Notes under the pieces: model-generated
What the model was told of the DNA's origin: nothing
Databases searched by the model: none
Seen by the model: only the letters and a program-made list of their open reading frames with translations
In this document: piece by piece, positions 19,117 through 39,146 of the stretch
Position numbering within the stretch: the stretch's first letter is position 1
How the letters are laid out: the number at the start of each line of letters is the position of its first letter
Assembly: GCF_009914755.1 (NCBI RefSeq)
Contig: NC_060931.1
Reading direction: 5' to 3' (one strand)
Length of the DNA: 64,000 bases
Source of the DNA: the human T2T-CHM13v2.0 reference genome, Homo sapiens
Program-made: the position numbers and the translations under genes

Positions 19117-19600
19117 ATGTAGTGGTCTTAAGACATGTGTCCAAATTTGTTGACGTTTCTACCCATCAATTCTAATTCTCCTCCCCTGGAACATGAGCTG
19201 ATCTTAAGGAATCACTTCTCAAAAATAAAAAATGGCAGAAGTGATGCATGACATTCAGAACTAAATCATAAAAGACAATACAGCATCAGCTTGGAATCAT
19301 TTGTAACCCTTGCTTTCAGAACCCAGCCACCATGCTGGATCTCAGGCCATACAGAAAAAACTCATGTCAGTGATCCTGCCAAAGCATGGCTCAGACCCCA
19401 ACTCACAACCAGCATCACCCATCAGGCATGGGAGTAAGGAAGCCTCAGCTACGGTTTGACTACAACTCCATGCAGACCCTGAGTGAAAACCGCCCAGCTG
19501 AACCCAGCAACATGAGAGATTATGAAACATAATCACTGCTGTTTTATGCCACAAAGTGTATGGTGGTTTGTGATACAGCTGCAGGAAATCATCACACTAT
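19117..19600 (+). mobile_element. MLT1-family LTR
   Basis: cccagctgaacccagc..gctgttttatgccacaaagtgtatggtggtttgtgatacagc is an MLT1 3' end. Confidence 0.65.
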
Positions 19601-21020
19601 CAAGATGCACTATTAAAGATACTTTAAGCACGTTTGTACTCTTTGAACACTGTTTCTGTTCTGGTCATACATCTTATGATATAGAACCCAAAATGTGGAA
19701 AACATTGTTTCATAGAGATTTTTAACAGTAAAATATTGGAAAAAAAAAGTTTCTCTATATTTGGACTACAAACCCATTCCAAAGCCATATAATGAGCTAT
19801 GATGATGCCATTGAAATATATGTATATGCTCTCGGATTTCTGGTCTGGACAAATGATATATTCATAGCTTTCTGTTCCTCCCCATTAAATACAACTGTAA
19901 ACTCTGAAAATAATGTAACAGGCAACCAAAGAAAAACTCTGAAAGGTGGTAAGAGGAAAGCAAACTGATTTAGGATCCCAGCACTGAAGGTAAATCACAG
20001 TAGCAGAGTGTCTTATGTCCCCCAACCCAATACAAGGCAACTTAGACCTGCATTTCTCAACCTCCAACCAAACAACAGATGGCAGCCCAGGTAGACTGAT
20101 TCTTCCCTGGGATTGAACTGAAGTCCTACGGGCCACACCAGGTGAGGATGGTATGACTGCAGAGGGGCTGATCAAGTGACCTACTAATAAATGGCCAAGG
20201 AAAGAACTGACTTTTCCCTTGGGCTAGAGACTCCCCTTCCCCATTGAAAGATATTGGGACAGAGAGGTGGCACTGGAAGGGACCCTTCATAATAAACAGC
20301 CCAGCTCAGGAAGCCTCTTTGCCTTCTGGACATGAGACTGTCCTTCACCACCTAGAGACGTTGGGGGACTGTGGGGAACCAGAAGGAGGAATCTAACCAC
20401 AAGAAGTGCCTCTGGTCCGGGAAGCATTCTTGGACCCTCATGAGAAGGGGACATGCTACCAATGCAGTACTCAGCCAGGGAAGCTTCTTTATGCCCAAGG
20501 CCTGAGACTCCTCTACCAAGAGACACTGAGTAGTCCATCCTGAGGAAGCCCTTTTCATCTCCTCAGGCAACACTAGCAAGAACAAAAGAGGGATCCCAGC
20601 AGCCCCAGATAAAACAAAAAGAATAAAATAACACTGCAAAAGCTCTAAAACTCAAACTGTCATTGGAACCACAGCCCACAAAAGTAAGCCAGGACCCACG
20701 TCTAAACCTAAATAAGGTGATATCCTGCTAAAATGAAAGATTAAAACAAGACCCCAGAGTCTTCCGGTATAATAGACAAACTGGCTAATATATTACAGAA
20801 AATCACTCATTACATTAAGAATCATTTAAAAAATGCAATTTGAATGAGAAAATACAATCAACTGATAACAATAGTGATGTGAATCCAATGTTGGAATTAT
20901 CTGATAAGGATTCTACAGCTGTTGTCATAGAAATGCTTCAGTTACCAGTGACAACTTTTCTTGAAACAAATAAAGAAATATAAATTCTCAGCAAAGAAAT
21001 GCAAGTTATGAAAAGGAATC

Positions 21021-21385
21021 TGTATTAGTTCATTCTCATACTACTATAAAGAAATGCCTGAGACTGGGTAATTTATAAAGGAAAGAGGTTGAATGGACTC
21101 ACAGTTCCACATGGCTCTGGTGGGGGGCTTCACAATCATGGTGGAAGGCAAGGAGGAGAAAGGCATGTCTTACATGGCAGCAGGCAAGAGAGATCGTGCA
21201 GGGGAATTGCCCTTTATAAAATCATGAGCTCTTGTGAGACTTATTTACTATCACGAGAACAGCATGGGAAAAACCTGCCCCCATGATTCAATTTCTTCCC
21301 ACTGGGTCCCTCCCGTGACACATGGGGATTATGGGAGCTACAATTCAAGATGAGATTTAAGTGGGGACACAGCAAAACTATATCA
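21021..21385. mobile_element. THE1 LTR inserted in the old L1
   Basis: tgtattagt..gagactgggtaatttataaagg..aaaactatatca; TSD gaatc 21016-21020 / 21386-21390. Confidence 0.88.
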
Positions 21386-22383
21386 GAATCAAATGGTAAT
21401 TATAGAACTTAAAAATACAACAGAAAATAATTTGCTCAGTGGGCTCAATAGAGGAGTTGGTAAACCATGTAAGGTTGGATAAAGCATAGAATCATTGGGT
21501 TTAAGGATAAGTGAATGAAATTTGTTCAGTTTGAATAATATACAGAAAATAGATTGAAAAAAAGTGAAAAGAGCCAGGGCCTCAGAGACCTGTGGAACAC
21601 TAACACAAGATTTGTGACTCATACCATCAGAGTCTTAGAAAGAGAGGGAAAACACAGGAAGACTAAAGAAGCATTTGCAAAAACAATGAATAAAAACTTT
21701 CAAAATCTGGCACAAAGAAAAACTTACAGATTCATGGAAATGAGAAAACCCCAAACAGCATAAATACACACATACAAAAAATCATGCCAAGACACGTCAT
21801 AATTAATCTCTGCAAACTAAAGACAAAATATCTTGAAAAAAGCCTGATAGAAACAACACATTACCTATAAGGGAATGCCAACTATAATAACTGAATTTCA
21901 CATCAGAACCCCTGGAGGCCAGAAAAAAGTGGCAGAATATTTTTTGAGTGCTGAAAGAAAAGAAGTAACAGTCAAAAATTCTATATCCAGCAAAAGTATC
22001 CTTTGGCAAGGAAGGAGAAACAACATTCTCATAGTAAAGAAAACTTTTTAAAATAGTCCCTGACTTAAAGAACTGGTTAAAGAAGTTCTTCATACAAAAG
22101 AAAATGATAAAAGAAGAAATCTTAGAGCATCAGGATGGAAAAAAGAACAATGGAAAGAGCAAATCTGGGTACATACAATAGACTATTGTTTTCCTCATGA
22201 GTTTTGTAAGTCATATTTGATGACTGCAACAAAAATTATGAAAACATCTGATACTCAGGACTGACATGTTAAAAGGTAGAGAAGGTAAAGGGACCCAACT
22301 GGAAATGAGATTTTCATCCTTCACTCAAAGTAGTGAAATTCTGGTACCCTTAGACGATGATAAGTCACATTATATATATTTTA

Positions 22384-22709
<326 letters not shown>

Positions 22710-23815
22710 CACTATACAAAGAAATACAGTCAAAAACATTATAAATTAACTGAGATGGTATATTTAAAAAACATTCAAGTGGTCCTCAGGAAAGTAAGAC
22801 ACGAAAAGAAAAACAGAGGGGACAATCAGGGAAAAAAGATATATTTAAGCACTAATGAGTCAATAATTACTTTCACTGAAAGTGGTCTTAATATATCATC
22901 AACAAAAATGTAGACATTGGTAGGGTAGATAAAAACATTATGACACAACTATATGATGTTTACAAGAAACTCACATCAAATCCAGACATAGGTAGGTCAA
23001 AAGTAAAATGATGGAAAATATACACCAGGAATACTATAATAAAAGAAAATCAAGGGTGGCTATAATAATATCTGTTAAAGTAGACTCATAGCAAAGGAAA
23101 TTACTACAAAGAGAGACATACCATTATTATATATGATAAACACATCAATTCTCCAGAAAGACCTACTGATCCCAAATGTGTATGGACCAAAGAACACAGC
23201 ATCAAAATCCATGAAGCAAAAATCAATAGAGCGGTAAGGATAACTAGACAAATCCAAAATCAGGGTTCAAGAATTTAACAGTTCTCTCCCAACTACTAAT
23301 ATAACTACTAGGTAGAAACTGGTGAAGATACAGAAGATTGGAATCATATAATCAACCAACAGGTTCTAATTGACATACATAGAACACAGCAAACAACAGT
23401 AAAATAATACGCTATTTTTTCCCCAGTGCCCATGGAACATATTCTAAGATAGACTATATCCTGAACCACAAAATACACTTCAACAAATTTTTAAAAATTG
23501 AAATTATATACAGTGTGTGCTCTGGTCATGGATTCAAACTAGAAACCAATAAGACAAAAACAACAAAACTAAACTGGAAAAATTAAACGACACACTCCTA
23601 TATAGTCCACTGGCCAAATAGGAAGCTTCAAAACAAGTAAAAATGCATACAAGCAAACAAGAATAAAACATAACAAAATATTGGGATGTAGCTAAAGACA
23701 TTATGAGACGAAAATTTGTAAAACTAAATGCTTATATAAGGAAAAAGGAAAGATCTCAATAAGTAATCTAAGTTCCTATGCCTCAGGAAATCAAAAATAT
23801 AAAAATAAATCTGGC

Positions 23816-24443
<628 letters not shown>

Positions 24444-24590
24444 CTAAACCAAGCATAAGGAAGGAAATAATAAAAATTACACCAGGAATTAAATTAAGGA
24501 AAGAAAAACAATAGAGAAAAATCAATGAAATAAGAAGCTGGTTCTTCAAAATAGTACACTTGATAAACCTTTAGAAAACTGACAAAAATA

Positions 24591-25063
<473 letters not shown>

Positions 25064-26035
25064 TCAAAGCCACATACTGCCAAAACTCAACAAAAATGAA
25101 GTGGATCACCTGATCTGCCCCAAAATGATTCAAAAATTGAATTTGTAACTTAAAAGCCTCCCCAAATTAAACTACAATGAGATATTTCTACACACCTAGC
25201 AAAATAACCAAAACAAAAAATAGTAAGAACCCTAAATGCTAGTGAGGATATGCAGAAACTGAATCGCTCAGTCACTGTTGGCAGAAATGTAAAATGGCAC
25301 AGTCACTCTGTAAAACAGTTTGGCAGTTTCTTATAAAGTTAAATACACAATGTTACACAATCCAGAAATTGTGTACTTGATCATTTATCTCAGAGAAATG
25401 GGAAACTTATGTTCACTTAAAATTCTGAAAACAGTAGCTTTATTAGTAGCAGTCTGAAATTGGAAAAAGCCCAGTGTATTTCACCTGGTGAATGATTAAA
25501 CAAACTGTGGTACATGCATACCATGGGTACTATGCAGCAATAAAAAGAGAATAAATTATTGATTTTTTAAATAAAAAAACTTGGATGAGTCTCCAGGGAA
25601 TTTATCCTAAGTGAAAAAAGCCAGCCCCGAAGTGTTACATATTGCTATATGATTTTATTTATAGAATATTTTTGAAATAACAAAATTTTAGAAAAAACAA
25701 GATTACCAAAGGTTAGGGGTGGGAGCGAAAAGGAAGGTGGGTGCAGTTATGAAAGACTGACATGAGATGTCCTCCTGGCAATGGTGTTGTTCAATATCTT
25801 GATGGTGGTGGATAAAGAAAGCTTCAGATACGATATCTTTGTATAAAATTAAATGTACATGCACACGGACACAAATGAGTTATACATAAAATTGGGGAAA
25901 CCTGAAAAAGATCAACTGCTTATATCAATGTCATCCTGTGTGTAATATTGTACTGTAGTTTTTCAAGATGTCACCATTGGGAAAACTGAATATAGAGTGC
26001 TCTAATTTTTCTTAGAACTGCACGTGAATCTGTAA

Positions 26036-26344
<309 letters not shown>

Positions 26345-26370
26345 TAAAAAAAAAACAAAAACTTTTTTTT

Positions 26371-26700
26371 GGGCGCCGGCGCCCGCCCGCGCGGCACAGA
26401 CGCGGGGAGCGCGCTTGGCGCTGACACAGCGGCGACGGCGGCGGCGTTAGCCGGCGCTCGAGCTGTTTCCCTTCCTGGGGCGCCGACCCCGCCCGCTTGC
26501 TTGCTTGCCTGCCTGCCTGCCTGCCTGGCGCCATGCAAGAGAAGGTGCCAGGGGACGCGGAGCGACGAGAGGCGCGCGGTCCCGGACAGCTCCGTCTCTG
26601 GCGTTGGCGCTGCAGCCGTGACGGAGGACTACGGCGACGACTAGGGCCGCTCTCCCAGCTCTCTGCGTGCCGCGCCGCTGCGCTCTGCCGTCTGACCATC
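26371..26700. promoter_or_regulatory. CpG island derived from the retrocopied XPOT 5' UTR
   Basis: About 49 CpGs counted by eye in about 320 bp, very GC-rich, in an otherwise CpG-depleted window. Promoter activity is inferred only. Confidence 0.7.
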
Positions 26701-28180
26701 TGGAGTGCAGGCTGGGAGGCGGGATGGAGTGATAGGGAAGATGTTTATAAATTCCTCTGTGGGATCAGAGGGCACGCCAATTGTAACCAGAAAACTCCAA
26801 GTATGGCAGCAAGGATGGATGAACAGGCTGTATTAGGGCCAAAATCAAATGCTGATTCAGACTTTAGACAAAGGGCCCTGGCCTATTTTGAGCGGTTAAA
26901 GATTTCCCCAGATACCTGGCAGGTGTGTGCACAGAGGCTGTAGCCCAGAGGACATATAGTGATGAACATGTAAAGTTTTTCTGCTTTCAAGTGCTGGAAC
27001 ATTAAGTTAAATACAAATACTCAGAACTAACCACTGTTCAACAACAACTAATTAGGGAGACGCGCATATCATGGCTGCAAGCTCAGATGCTGAATCCCCA
27101 ACCAGAGAAGACCTTTATACGAAATAAAGCCGCCCAAGTCTTCGCCTTGCTTTTTGTTACAGAATATCTCACTAAGTGGCCCAAGTATTTTTGTTTACAT
27201 TCTCTCAGTAGTGGACCTAAATCCAAGGGGAGTAGATGTGTGCCTGCGAATCCTCATGGCTATCGATTCAGAGTTGGTGGATCGTGATGTGGTGCATACG
27301 TCAGAGGAGGCTCGTAGGAATACTCTCATTAAAGATACCATGAGGGAACAGTGCATTCCAAATCTGGTGGAATGATGGTACCAAATATTACAAAATTATC
27401 AGTATACTAATTCTGAAGTGACCGTCAGTGCTTTGAAGTAGTTGGGGCTTACGTCTCTTGGATAGACTTACCCCTTATAGCCAATGATAGGTTTATAAGT
27501 GTGCTGCTAGGTCATATGTCAATAGGAGTTCTACGGGAAGAAGCATGTGACTGTTTATTTGAAGTTGTAAATAAAGGAATGGACCCTGTCGATAAAATGA
27601 AACTAGTAGAATCTTTGTGCCAAGGATTACAGTCTGCTGGGTCTTTCAGCATTGACCAGGAAGAAGATGTTGACTTCCTGGCCAGATTTTCTAAGCTGGT
27701 AAATGGAATGGGACAGTCATTGATTGATAGTTGGAGTAAATTAATTAAGAATGCGGATATTAAGAATGCTCAAGAGGCACTACAAGCTATTGAAACAAAA
27801 GTGGCACTGATGTTGCAGCTACTAATTCATGAGGAAGATGATATTTCTCCTAATATTATAGGATTTTGTTATTATTATCTTCATATTTGGAAACAGCTTA
27901 CAGTGCTCTTGGATCAGCAAAAAGCTAATGTAGAGGCAATCATGTTGGCCGTTATGAAAAAATTGACTTACGATGAAGAATATAACTTCGAAAATGAGGG
28001 TGAAGATGAAGCCATGTTTGTAGAATATAGAAAACAACTGAAGTTACTGTTGGACAGGCTTGCTCAAGTTTCACCAGAGTTACTGGTGGCCTCTGTTCAC
28101 AGCGTTTTTAGTTCTACACTGCAGGATTGGCAGACTACATGGTTTATGGAAGTTGAAGTAGCAATAAGATTGCTGTATAT

Positions 28181-28516
<336 letters not shown>

Positions 28517-30587
28517 TCACGGTGTTCCATTTGCAGGTGATGTTTCAAAAGCCAGTGCTTTGCAGGATATGATGAGAATTCTGGTAACATCAAGAGTCAG
28601 TTCCTATCAGCATACATCTGTGACGTTGGAGTTCTTCAAAAATGTTGTTAGATATGAAAAGTTTTTCACAGTTGAACCTCAGCACATTCCACGTGTACTA
28701 ATGGCTTTCTTAGATCACAGAAGTCTGCGGCATTCCAGTGCAAAAGTTCGGAGCAGGATGGCTTACCTGTTTTCTAGATTTGTCAAATCTCTCAATAAGC
28801 AAATGAATCCTCTCACTGAGGATATTTTGAATAGAATACAAGATTTATTAGAGCTTTCTCCACCTGAGAATGGCCACCAGTCTTTACTGGGCAGCGATGA
28901 TCAACTTTTTATTTATGAGACAGCTGGAGTGCTGACTGTTAATAGTGAATACCTGGCAGAAAGGAAACAAGCCTTGGTGAGGAATCTGTTGACTCCACTA
29001 ATGGAGAAGTTTAAAATTCTGTTAGAATAGTTGATGCTGGCACAAGATGAAGATAGGCAAGCCTCTCTAGCAGACTGTCTCAACCATGCTGTTGGATTTG
29101 CAAGTCCAACCAGTAAAGCTTTCAGCAACAAGCAGACTATAAAACAATGTGGCTGTTCTGAAGTTTGTCTGGACTGTTTACAGACATTCTTGCCAGCCCT
29201 CAGTTGTCCCTTACAAAAGGATATTCTCAGAAGTGGAGTCCGTACTTTCCTTCATCGAATGGTTATTTGCCTGGGGGAAGAAGTTTTTCCGTTCATCCCA
29301 GCTGCTTCAGAACGTATGCTCAAAGACTGTGAAGCAGAAGACCTCCAGGAGTTCATTCTTCTTATCAACCAGATTACGGCCAAATTCAAGAGACAGGTAT
29401 CTCCGTTTTTACAACAGATGTTCATGCCCCTGCTTCATGCAATTTTTGAAGTGCTGCTCCAGCCAGCGGAAGAAAATGACTAGTCTGCTGCTTTAGAGAA
29501 GCAGATGTTGTGGAGGAGTTACTTTGCTTTCCTGCAAACAGTCACAGGCAGTGGGATGAGTGAAGTTATAGCAAATCAAGCTGCACAAAATGTAGAGTGC
29601 TGGTTACTGTTACCCAAGGAGCAGTTGAATATCCAGATCCAATTGCACAGAAAACATGTTTTATCATCCTCTCAAAGTTGGTGGAACTCTGGAGAGGTAA
29701 AGATGGACCAGTGGGATTTGCTGATTTTGTTTATAAGCACATTGTCCCCTCATGTTTCCTAGCACCTTTAAAACAAACCTTTGACCTGGCAGATGCACAA
29801 ACAGTATTGGCTTTATCTGAGTGTGCAGTGACACTGAAAACAATTCATCTCAAATGGGGCCCAGAATGTGTTCAGTATCTTCAACAAGAATACCTGCCCT
29901 CCTTGCAAGTAGCTCCAGAAATAATTCAGGAGTTTTGTCAAGCGCTTCAGCAGCCTGATGCTAAAGTTTTAAAAAATTACTTAAAGGTGTTCTTCCAGAG
30001 AGCAAAGCCCTATTGACTGGATTTCCCTGTGCCTACTTCATGATCAGGAATTCCAGTTAATTTATAAAGAAGCGATTTGTGTGTGCCATTCACACTGGTC
30101 TTTTTCACATTGTTTTGAGCTTATTGCAGTATATGTTTTGGGATTTTTATGTGAAATGGGTGTAATTTTCCTAATACAGGTATGTAACAACAAAAGATGT
30201 TGCCTGCATGCCGGTCCAAATTGTTCTGTATTAAGATGCTCTTAAAAGACACAGAGTTATCCTAGAACCTTAATTCTTTTTTATTTGAAGTTTTAAGTCA
30301 AGTCCTTTATAAAGACTATAGCAGTAGAAAACAGTACACTTTTTAAAAAATTGCTGAATATAAAATGTTTGAAAATTTTCTTTATGTGTGAAGACACATA
30401 AAGTATGGGGGGAATACAACAATCAAAACTAACTTTTTGTAGATAGCCATTTCATTTCTTTAAACTGTTTCAATGCCAATATGTATTCTACAAAAGAGAA
30501 TGGTTTTAGGCTCCAGTGTTATACTTTTTAAAATATATATATATAAATAAATTTTACATAGTGAAATCTAAAAAAAACAAAAACTAA

Positions 30588-30897
<310 letters not shown>

Positions 30898-31079
30898 AAA
30901 AAAACTTAACTAAACATTATGTTTATAAAGTGGTTGTGATAGTATGAGATAAATTGTTTGTTAAATAGCCGTAAGCTTAAAAAGCTAAAATATTCATGAA
31001 ATTTACCTACAGCATTATTATACTTACATTAAACGGATTCAAATAAAACAAAATAAAAAGGGTATAAAATGTAAAATTA

Positions 31080-31783
<704 letters not shown>

Positions 31784-32469
31784 TTAAAACTTTTATTTTT
31801 ATAATGAGCATATCAGACTTTCATAATAGGAAAAACTCAATTTGATTAAAATATATACTTTTATTCATTCTTATCCTTTCTGGGTTCCTGGAACTTGTAG
31901 CATTATCAGAATCACCTACTTTTCTCTTGCTTAAGGCTGCTTATATGGCTTCCTTGTAGATTTCTTCCCCATTCCTCTGTTAATGTACTTTGGGCTTGTC
32001 TTGAAATTATCCATCTGTGAAGACACAGAATTTCAGATTCGCTTGCTTACGCACAGACATCGCCACAGGAGGGAGGGTTCTCTATGGAGACGCTGAAAGC
32101 AAGTGGAGATGCTAGAGGAGTTTGGAGAAGATTGTTTTTTACATGGACAGTTTTGGGTGCAATTAAGTTGTACTCAAAACCAGATAGACTAGAAAATATT
32201 GGGGAGGTAAATGTGGTTCCATCCTTCATACAAAGAATAGTGTTTCATGTCTGGATAAAAGAAAACCATCAGTGAATTGCAAAATCATTAGAGGCAGAAG
32301 GCACCTGAGAGGCAGGTCACCATGTGGAACAATTCCAGGTGGCTCCATTCACATTTAGCCTATGTATGTGGTGGCTCCTGGGATTGGGCAATATGCACCT
32401 TATACAACTGTATGCAGGGATTCTGCTGAACCCAGCCATTACCACACTTGCCCTTCCTCACACACAGAT

Positions 32470-32890
32470 TTAGGATCCTTTTACAGAGGAGGAAAGTAAG
32501 GCCTAGAGGAGGAAAGCAAGTTGTTCAAAGCCACACAGCTAACCACAGAACCAGACTAACATCCAGATTCTTGAATTTCAGAACAATATTCTTTCCTCTC
32601 TACAATGATGACTGGAAAGGATATTGTCACTCAAAACAGCCACCTCCACCACAGCAACAAGTTCATTCTTAAAAGTATTTGTTTCAGATCCACATGACGT
32701 AGGCTAAACCAGGGCTGTTTTTATAGCATCCCAAATTCTAAATGGAGTGAAAATTCTAACCACACTTTTCTCACATATGAATTGACAACAATAATAGTAC
32801 CTACCTCTTAGGGTTCTTCTGGAGACAGATGAATTAATATTTGTAGAACACTTAGAAAGTACTATATGACAGGTGTTCTCATATAGAAAC
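32470..32890. mobile_element. Two MIR fragments (32470-32590 antisense; 32790-32890 sense)
   Basis: ttttacagaggaggaaagtaaggc..ccacacagcta; ataatagtacctacctcttagggtt. Confidence 0.6.
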
Positions 32891-33034
32891 CTGGTATTGG
32901 ATATTATTGTTATTATTTCTATTAGCATGTATTTCTCCCCCATTGATATGTGGGTTCTTCAAAGACCACATATGTTTTATCTGTGGTTCCATAGGACCCG
33001 GCGTGGCTTTGAAGAGTGATGTATTAATGTTTTT

Positions 33035-33445
33035 TGATGATGGTTGGATGGATGAATGGATGCATGGATGAATAGATGAATGGATGGATGGTTGAATGGA
33101 TGGATAGATGGACAGATGAATGGAGAGACAGATGGATAAAGGAGTATGAACGAATGAAGGAGGATGGATGAATGGATGACTGGTGGATGGATGGTTGAAG
33201 GAGGATGGATGAATGGATGGATGGTTGATGGATGGATTGTGGATGGATGGATGAAAGAGGATGGATGAATGGATGAGTGGTGGATGGATGAATGGATGAG
33301 TGGTGGATGGATGGTGGATAGATGAATGGATGGATAGTGGATGGATGGATGGTGAATGGATGGATGAAGGAGGATGGATGAATGGATGAATGGTGGATGG
33401 ATGAAGGAGGATGGATGAATGGATGTATGGTGGATGAATGATTGA
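33035..33445. repeat. Degenerate (TGGA/TGAA)n microsatellite
   Basis: About 410 bp of GGAT/GAAT units. Confidence 0.92.
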
Positions 33446-33655
33446 ATTCAAGCTCTTGGGAGTAACACCAGGGAATGAGTATTTCACTGGATTTTTTCAT
33501 GAAGAACAAAGATATGACACCACTCACAAGTGACACGTGAATGCTTTAGTTTCATTGAATTCTAGAACTGTCAAGGCCTTTGATGATTCATCTTACCCAA
33601 CTTTTGGCTCAATGCAGGAAATCACATGACCAGCAGGCTGAACACACAGCTCTAG

Positions 33656-35664
<2,009 letters not shown>

Positions 35665-36519
35665 GTACCCAATCATGATCACTGCTTCTAGGCTACTCCT
35701 TTTAGCCTCTCCATAAAGTCTCCATCTTTTGGGGAGCTTATTCTATAATACCACACCCTTGTTGTGACCATCTACAGCTCTGCAGGCTTCCCTCCTTCTT
35801 CGTTCTTGGAAGAGTTTAGTTTCTGGATTGACACCTTCCTCTCCACCAATATTCCCATTGCGTTTTTTGGTTATTTCTGCAACTATGCAAATGATCCTTC
35901 TAATCATCTGACCTTACAGTTCCTTGGGTTTCTCATCTCTGATGGTTGCTTTTGACCCACCTGTGCAACTCGCAGCCTCAGGCATAGCCAAGATGCCATT
36001 GTCACTCACTGTAATTCTCCAAAATCTGGGTCCGACAACCACATCCCACCTTTTTGCCCCATTCCTTCTAAAACCAGCCCTCCAAGAGTCCTTCTACTCC
36101 ACCCAGAAATCCAACCCACTGATCCTCACACACAGACCACTCTCCTTGTGTTCTCTGGCTCATCTTCAGAGACACTCTCTTGCTTGCACTCTCAACTTTC
36201 AGGCTCACGTGTTCCACCTTTTTGCTCTCCTTCCCTTTGTCACAATTGTCCAGCAAAACACCAACCCTGGTGAAAATCCAGCTCTGCATACTCCACTCTT
36301 GCCCCTGAAAAGCTGAATATAGAAAGAGTAAACAAAACCAATCTTGCTAGTTGGTCTCATTTTTTAAATTAATGACCACAAAAGTGAGTCCTCAACCCTG
36401 CTTAGCAATCCCATAACAATTCCCTAGTCATCCCACTCCTCCATGAGCTAGAGAAACTATTTCTTCTTGTATTTTCTCAAACCTCTGATTCCCTGCTCTC
36501 TCCCTCTTCACACTAATCC

Positions 36520-37016
36520 GGTGGTTCTCTAGCTTGAGCACATGTCATCATCACCTGGAAGGCTCATTCTTTTGTCTTTTTTTTTTTTTGGAGATGGAAT
36601 TTTGCTCTGTCTTCCCCAGGCTGGAGTGCAGTGGTGGGATCTCAGCTCACTTCAACCTCTGCCTCCCAGGTTCAAATGATTCTGTGTCTCTGGGAGCTGG
36701 CATTACAGGCGCCTGCCACCACACCTGGCTAATTTTGTATTTTTAGTAGACCGGGGGTTTCACCATGTTGGCTAGGCTGGTCTCCAACTCCTGTCCTCAG
36801 GTGATCCTCCCGCCCCAGCCTCCCAAAGTGCTGGGATTACAGGCGTGAGCCATGGCGCCTGGCCTTGGAAGGCTCATTCAAATGCCAATTGCTGGACCCC
36901 ATCTCCAGGTTGTGGTTGGGTATACCTGGGGTGGGGCCCAGGAATTTGTATTTCTAACAAATTCTCAGGTGATGCTGTTGCTGCTGGTCTGAGGACCACA
37001 CTTTGAGAACACTGCA
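36520..37016. mobile_element. MER5A-like hAT MITE interrupted by an Alu
   Basis: gtggttctc..atcacctgga | tggggcccaggaatttgtatttctaacaa..gaccacactttgagaacactg; Alu TSD ggaaggctcattc. Confidence 0.75.
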
Positions 37017-37942
37017 CTAACCTGACCTCACATTTCATTGGGGAATTAGAAACAAACTGAAAAGGACCACTTCATCTTCCTACTACCAAGTGTACTCATC
37101 ATCTTTATCCACCCACCTTCTCCCTTATTACAATGGTGGTGGATCTCTGCTCCAACTCACGGCCAATCTTCCAGTGCATTTGTCTTACCCCTTCTTGCCT
37201 ATAAGATAAGAACTGTGCTTTTGCGATTGCCCTTTTGTTTTTTTCTCCTAAACATGCTGGAATATATCCTCTTTGGGGAAACTCCTCACTTGATCTCACA
37301 TATTTATTTAGCTGCCAACTAATTTCTCTGCTTTTCCTTTAGAGCAAAATCCTCAATAACTTTCTGTGTACCTCCAATTAGTCTCCATATTAGTCTCTCT
37401 TGGACTCACCGTGCGGACTTTCTTCTCCACAACTGGAGCGAAACTTCTATTGTCAAGGTCAACAGTGGCTACACATTGCTAAATGTAATAGAATTCTCAG
37501 TTCTCATCTTATTTGACAATGTTTGATGTAGCTGATCCCTCTCTCTTTCTTAACTTTTCTCCCTTGGATTCCAGAATACCGCTTTCTCAGTTCTCCCCCT
37601 CCTACCTAATTCGGAGGCTACTCCTTCTTAGACTTTTTGTTACATTCTTGTAGTCTTCCTGATTTTCTTTTTTTTTTTGAGATAGGGTCTTGGTCTGTTG
37701 TCCAAGCTAGAATGACGTGGCACAATCTTGGCTTACTGCAGCCTCGACCTCCTAGGCTCAAGCGTCCCAAGTAGCTGGGACTACAGACGTGCACCACTGC
37801 ACCAGGCTAATTTTTATATTTTTTGTAGAGATGGGGTTTGCCATCTTGTCCAGGCTGGTCTCAAACTCCTGAGCCCAAGTGATACACCCACCTCAGCCTC
37901 CCAAAGTGCTAGGATTACAGGTGTGAGCCACCTTGCCTGGCC
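36568..37942 (-). mobile_element. Two antisense Alus in L2 (36568-36864 AluS; 37662-37942 AluJ)
   Basis: Antisense Alu blocks. Confidence 0.85.
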
Positions 37943-37966
37943 TCTTCAGATTTTTCAACACCATAG

Positions 37967-38437
<471 letters not shown>

Positions 38438-38529
38438 TGAAGAAAGCAAATCATTTCCAAAGGAAAACATTTTAAATTCCAAGTATTTAAGACTCAGCTT
38501 GCATTTTGTTGTGTTTGAAAAGAAAGTAG

Positions 38530-39146
<617 letters not shown>

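Noticed and set aside
31915-32014. Second minus-strand acceptor followed by a 27-codon ORF (MDNFKTSPK..)
   Set aside because: Only ~36 nt from the upstream donor, too short for an intron; no recognisable protein.
32879-33536. 202-aa and 170-aa His/Pro/Ser/Ile-rich ORFs
   Set aside because: Translation of the (TCCA)n microsatellite.
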